Positions 53,662-56,865 of a stretch of 56,865 nt of DNA are shown here, in pieces. Both the position numbers and the translations under genes were made by a program. Source of the DNA: Bacteroidales bacterium (GTDB lineage Bacteria; Bacteroidota; Bacteroidia; Bacteroidales; JAIPAP01); NCBI GenBank assembly GCA_021740045.1, contig JAIPAP010000005.1, positions 1 to 56,865 of the forward strand. Reading direction: 5' to 3'. A model generated the notes under the pieces. It saw only the letters and a program-made list of their open reading frames with translations, did not search any database and was not told the DNA's origin. Within the stretch, counting starts at the first letter, position 1, and each line of letters begins with the position of its first letter.

Positions 53662-55137
53662 ATGGCTAAAGAATTTTCAACAAGAGCGGAGAATTATTCA
53701 CAGTGGTACAACGATTTGGTGATAAAAGCTGATCTGGCCGAGAACTCAGCCGTTAGGGGATGCATGGTGATAAAACCTTATGGCTTTGCAATATGGGAGA
53801 AAATGCGCGATGTATTGGATGGGATGTTCAAAGATACAGGTCATTCCAATGCTTATTTTCCGCTGTTTATTCCCAAATCTTTTTTTAATAAAGAGGCTGC
53901 TCACGTCGAAGGTTTCGCCAAAGAATGTGCAGTGGTGACCCACTATCGCCTTAAGAATTCCGAAGACGGCAAAGATATAGTGGTTGATGAGAACGCCCGG
54001 CTGGAGGAAGAACTGATCGTAAGACCTACATCCGAGACTATTATTTGGGATACCTACCGTAACTGGATTCAATCATACCGTGATTTGCCTATCCTTGTGA
54101 ACCAATGGGCCAATGTGGTTCGCTGGGAGATGCGTACACGCCTGTTTTTGCGGACAGCCGAATTCCTTTGGCAGGAAGGGCACACCGCTCATGCCACCAA
54201 GGAGGAAGCCATAGCCGAGACTAAACAAATGCTGGATGTATATGCTGATTTTGCGGAAAACTGGATGGCTTTACCTGTAATGAAAGGTACTAAATCGCCC
54301 AACGAGCGTTTTGCCGGAGCGGTTGAAACCTATTGCATCGAATCCTTAATGCAGGATGGTAAAGCTTTGCAGGCGGGAACCTCCCATTTCCTGGGACAGA
54401 ACTTTGCTAAGGCATTTGATGTGAAATTCCTGAACCAGCAAAACCAGCAGGAATATGTTTGGGCAACTTCATGGGGGGTTTCTACCAGGTTGATGGGGGC
54501 CCTTATTATGGCTCATTCCGATGATAATGGCTTGGTATTGCCCCCGAAGCTGGCTCCTACACAGGTTGCAATCGTTCCTATATTCAAAAGCAAAGAACAA
54601 TTGGAGAAGATATCTGAAAAGGCAGTTGCTATTAAAAAAGAGCTTCAGGCTAAAGGTATTAAAGTAAAATACGATGATCGCGATACTTATAAGCCCGGAT
54701 GGAAATTCTCCGAATACGAATTCAAGGGCGTACCAGTGCGTTTGGCCATCGGTCCCCGCGACCTGGAAAATGGAACCATCGAGGTAGCGCGTCGCGATAC
54801 ACTGGAAAAAGAGATTTACCAGCAATCCGATATAGCCAATAAAGTGGAACACCTGCTCGATAAGATACAAAACAATCTTTATCAGCGTGCGTTTTCGTTC
54901 CGTGAGGATAAAACCTTTAAAGCCGATACCTGGGAAGAATTCAGGGATATTGTTGAAAACAAAGGCGGTTTTGTTTATGCTCACTGGGATGGTACCCCCG
55001 AAACCGAGCAGAAGATCAAAGACGAAACAAAGGCGACCATCCGACTGATACCGCTGGATGATAAACGAGAAGAAGGTAAATGTATTTATACCGGCAAGCC
55101 CTCCGAAAGGCGAGTGGTTTTTGCACGAGCTTATTAG
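53662..55137 (+). CDS. proS: Proline--tRNA ligase (archaeal/eukaryotic-type class II)
   Basis: [27 protein letters not shown]... Class II motifs ([29 protein letters not shown]). The C-terminal ...RVVFARAY is typical of this ProRS type. The track start at 53578 is an upstream extension. Confidence 0.95.
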   Translation: MAKEFSTRAENYSQWYNDLVIKADLAENSAVRGCMVIKPYGFAIWEKMRDVLDGMFKDTGHSNAYFPLFIPKSFFNKEAAHVEGFAKECAVVTHYRLKNSEDGKDIVVDENARLEEELIVRPTSETIIWDTYRNWIQSYRDLPILVNQWANVVRWEMRTRLFLRTAEFLWQEGHTAHATKEEAIAETKQMLDVYADFAENWMALPVMKGTKSPNERFAGAVETYCIESLMQDGKALQAGTSHFLGQNFAKAFDVKFLNQQNQQEYVWATSWGVSTRLMGALIMAHSDDNGLVLPPKLAPTQVAIVPIFKSKEQLEKISEKAVAIKKELQAKGIKVKYDDRDTYKPGWKFSEYEFKGVPVRLAIGPRDLENGTIEVARRDTLEKEIYQQSDIANKVEHLLDKIQNNLYQRAFSFREDKTFKADTWEEFRDIVENKGGFVYAHWDGTPETEQKIKDETKATIRLIPLDDKREEGKCIYTGKPSERRVVFARAY

Positions 55138-55168
55138 CCTGTCCATTAGTGGAACGGGCCATTTTTTT

Positions 55169-55206
55169 CTGCTCACCTGCCACGTTGCAGGTGAGCAGTT
55201 TTTTTT
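55169..55206 (+). terminator. Rho-independent terminator after proS
   Basis: ctgctcacctgc-cacgtt-gcaggtgagcag forms a 12-bp perfect stem. It is followed by tttttttt. Confidence 0.75.
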
Positions 55207-55328
55207 AACAATTATCGATCCAATCCATGCTCTGAAAATATCGCCAACTGCTAACTGCGGGCTGATAGCCCTCAGGGATACCAACTTATTAAGAAGTGAT
55301 TCGTTTATATAGCAAACTTTATAAACTG

Positions 55329-55336
55329 TATTTTTG
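55329..55336 (+). promoter_or_regulatory. Candidate -7 promoter box TAttTTTG upstream of mazG
   Basis: tatttttg lies 36 nt upstream of ATG 55372. Confidence 0.35.
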
Positions 55337-55371
55337 TAACTCCTTTAAATAAATAAAACCAATATTATACT

Positions 55372-56166
55372 ATGGATGAACGACTAAAAGCATTTAAACG
55401 ATTACTCGATATAATGGATGACCTTCGGCACCAATGCCCCTGGGATCGTAAGCAAACCCTGGAAAGTTTAAGGCACCTAACGCTTGAAGAAGTTTATGAG
55501 CTCTCCGATGCTATTATCGAAAAAGATATGGATGAGATCAAAAAGGAATTGGGTGATATTATGCTGCATCTTGTTTTTTACGCCAAGATAGGGGAGGAGA
55601 AGGGATCATTTGACATTAAGGATGTGCTGGATGGCATCTCCGATAAGTTAATCCTGCGCCATCCTCATATTTATGGTGAAGTTCAGGTAAAAGATGCCGA
55701 TGAAGTAAAGGATAATTGGGAAAAGATCAAGATGAAAGAAGGACGGCGTTCAGCCCTTTCGGGTGTTCCCCGGTCACTGCCGCCCTTGCTTAAAGCATAT
55801 CGTATGCAGGAGAAGGCCCAGGGAGTTGGTTTTGATTGGGAGGAGCCGCATCAGGTTTGGGAAAAGGTTAATGAAGAGCTTGATGAACTGAACCGGGAAG
55901 TGGAAAACAAGGAAAACCATGAAAAGATTGAAGAGGAATTTGGTGATCTGCTGTTTGCCATGATCAACTATTCCCGTTTCATAGGCGTGAATCCTGAAGA
56001 TGCCCTGGAGAAGACCAACCGCAAATTTATCCGCCGCTTTCAGCATTTGGAAAAGAGCGCCAAGGATGAAGGACGGTCACTGCACGAGATGAGCCTGAAA
56101 GAAATGGATGTTTATTGGGATGAAGCGAAAAACGCCGAGCCCGGAAGAACGCCCGATAATAAATAA
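55372..56166 (+). CDS. mazG: Nucleoside triphosphate pyrophosphohydrolase MazG
   Basis: 264 aa with tandem MazG domains (LRHQCPWDRKQTLESLRHLTLEEVYELSDAI; EEFGDLLFAMINYSRF). Confidence 0.9.
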   Translation: MDERLKAFKRLLDIMDDLRHQCPWDRKQTLESLRHLTLEEVYELSDAIIEKDMDEIKKELGDIMLHLVFYAKIGEEKGSFDIKDVLDGISDKLILRHPHIYGEVQVKDADEVKDNWEKIKMKEGRRSALSGVPRSLPPLLKAYRMQEKAQGVGFDWEEPHQVWEKVNEELDELNREVENKENHEKIEEEFGDLLFAMINYSRFIGVNPEDALEKTNRKFIRRFQHLEKSAKDEGRSLHEMSLKEMDVYWDEAKNAEPGRTPDNK

Positions 56167-56205
56167 CCGCTGGTGGCCCCTGATCATAATATAAAACACC
56201 TATTA

Positions 56206-56865
56206 ATGCTGGTAATCATTGGATTGCTGCCATTTAACCGGGTATGTGGGCAGGCTGAACTACGCTATCAGGATATCTCCACTGATTACCTTGAAAGCTA
56301 TTTCCATAAAACCGCTGATATTGCAGCTAGTCCGGTTTACTGGAATACCAAAGAATGGGCAATTTTTGCAGGGACTATTGGGAGTGCTGGTGTTGCTTAT
56401 GCCTATGACAAAGACATCCGCGAATTTTTCCTGTCCCATCAAAATTCCACTACCAAACAGTTAACCAATTATGTTTTTGAACCCCTGGGCAATCCCCTTT
56501 ATTGGGCCGGAGCCATCGGCGCCACCTACCTGATTGGAGAAATATCCGATGATGCCAACACCCGTGCTTTTGCGCTCACTTCGGGAAAAGCATTGGCTCT
56601 CAATGGCTTGTTTACTCTTGCCGGAAAGCATCTAACCCATCGTGCCAGGCCTTTCCAGGGTGAAAAACCCGACCCGGACAACTGGAACGGTCCTTTCAAA
56701 AACTGGCGCTTCGATGCTTTTCCATCAGGCCACACATCTACTGCTTTTACCATGGCTACAGTCTTTTCCGAATATTATAAGGAAGAAAAATGGGTAGCCC
56801 CTGTTGCCTATACCTTAGCTGCTTTTGCCGGCCTTTCGCGTATTCACGATGATAAGCACTGGGCT
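56206..56865 (+). CDS. PAP2-superfamily (acid phosphatase / lipid phosphate phosphatase) protein; the 3' end runs off the right edge
   Basis: Not in the ORF track because it has no stop in the window. My translation from ATG 56206 is MLVIIGLLPFNRVCGQA...KHLTHRARP...FPSGHTSTAF...LSRIHDDKHWA. It carries the three PAP2 motifs KxxxxxxRP, PSGH and SRxxxxxHxxxD. Confidence 0.8.
   Translation, partial: MLVIIGLLPFNRVCGQAELRYQDISTDYLESYFHKTADIAASPVYWNTKEWAIFAGTIGSAGVAYAYDKDIREFFLSHQNSTTKQLTNYVFEPLGNPLYWAGAIGATYLIGEISDDANTRAFALTSGKALALNGLFTLAGKHLTHRARPFQGEKPDPDNWNGPFKNWRFDAFPSGHTSTAFTMATVFSEYYKEEKWVAPVAYTLAAFAGLSRIHDDKHWA

Noticed and set aside
1-56865. I looked for mobile elements, prophage, integrases, toxin-antitoxin pairs and classical defence islands.
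   Set aside because: No transposase, integrase, phage structural, restriction-modification or Cas-like motifs appear in any listed ORF. No terminal inverted repeats flank a gene block. The only dispersed repeat is the small two-hairpin element.

Overview
This window looks like a chromosomal segment of a Bacteroidota genome. The evidence is T9SS C-terminal sorting domains, TAnnTTTG-type -7 boxes, lpxH/lpxK/lptB/KpsF-type LPS genes and an archaeal-type ProS. I saw no rRNA, tRNA, CRISPR array, transposase, integrase or phage genes. Most of the window is housekeeping: pssA, lptB, recQ, deoC, korAB plus a small ferredoxin, tilS, dsbD, lpxH, lpxK, PNP, Nif3, proS and mazG. Four accessory modules stand out.

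(1) 1-7246 is a minus-strand operon with a divergent regulator. It encodes an octaheme (8x CxxCH) Otr-like cytochrome c, a membrane cytochrome b, a split YeeE/YedE sulfur transporter, rhodanese proteins and an AlgE-like porin. The divergent regulator is an FNR-like Crp-family protein with a TTGAT-N4-ATCAg box. Three consecutive proteins of this operon end in the same free C-terminal I-x-V-x-G-G-C tail. The tail resembles the SoxY sulfur-carrier arm. Two of these proteins have lost the canonical rhodanese cysteine. This is my best candidate for an undescribed protein-tethered sulfur relay.

(2) 28296-32485 is a kaiC-kaiB-PAS hybrid histidine kinase operon without kaiA. It follows a 768-bp ORF-free leader.

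(3) 19667-27527 holds a 1910-aa Asp-box/FN3 T9SS cargo, a 77-aa PEP/PID-CTERM-like mini-protein and a transmembrane CBM9-like AraC regulator. A CATGTAAAATAYGG motif occurs in two promoters of this region.

(4) 50224-53532 holds an acidic/aromatic (YXWGXW)/basic lipoprotein with 21-bp tandem repeats, next to an outer-membrane beta-barrel.

Other observations are a 12-bp x8 tandem repeat, a two-hairpin intergenic repeat present twice, a redox-dead TlpA paralogue and several rho-independent terminators. All functional calls come from motif reading of the translations. No database search was possible.
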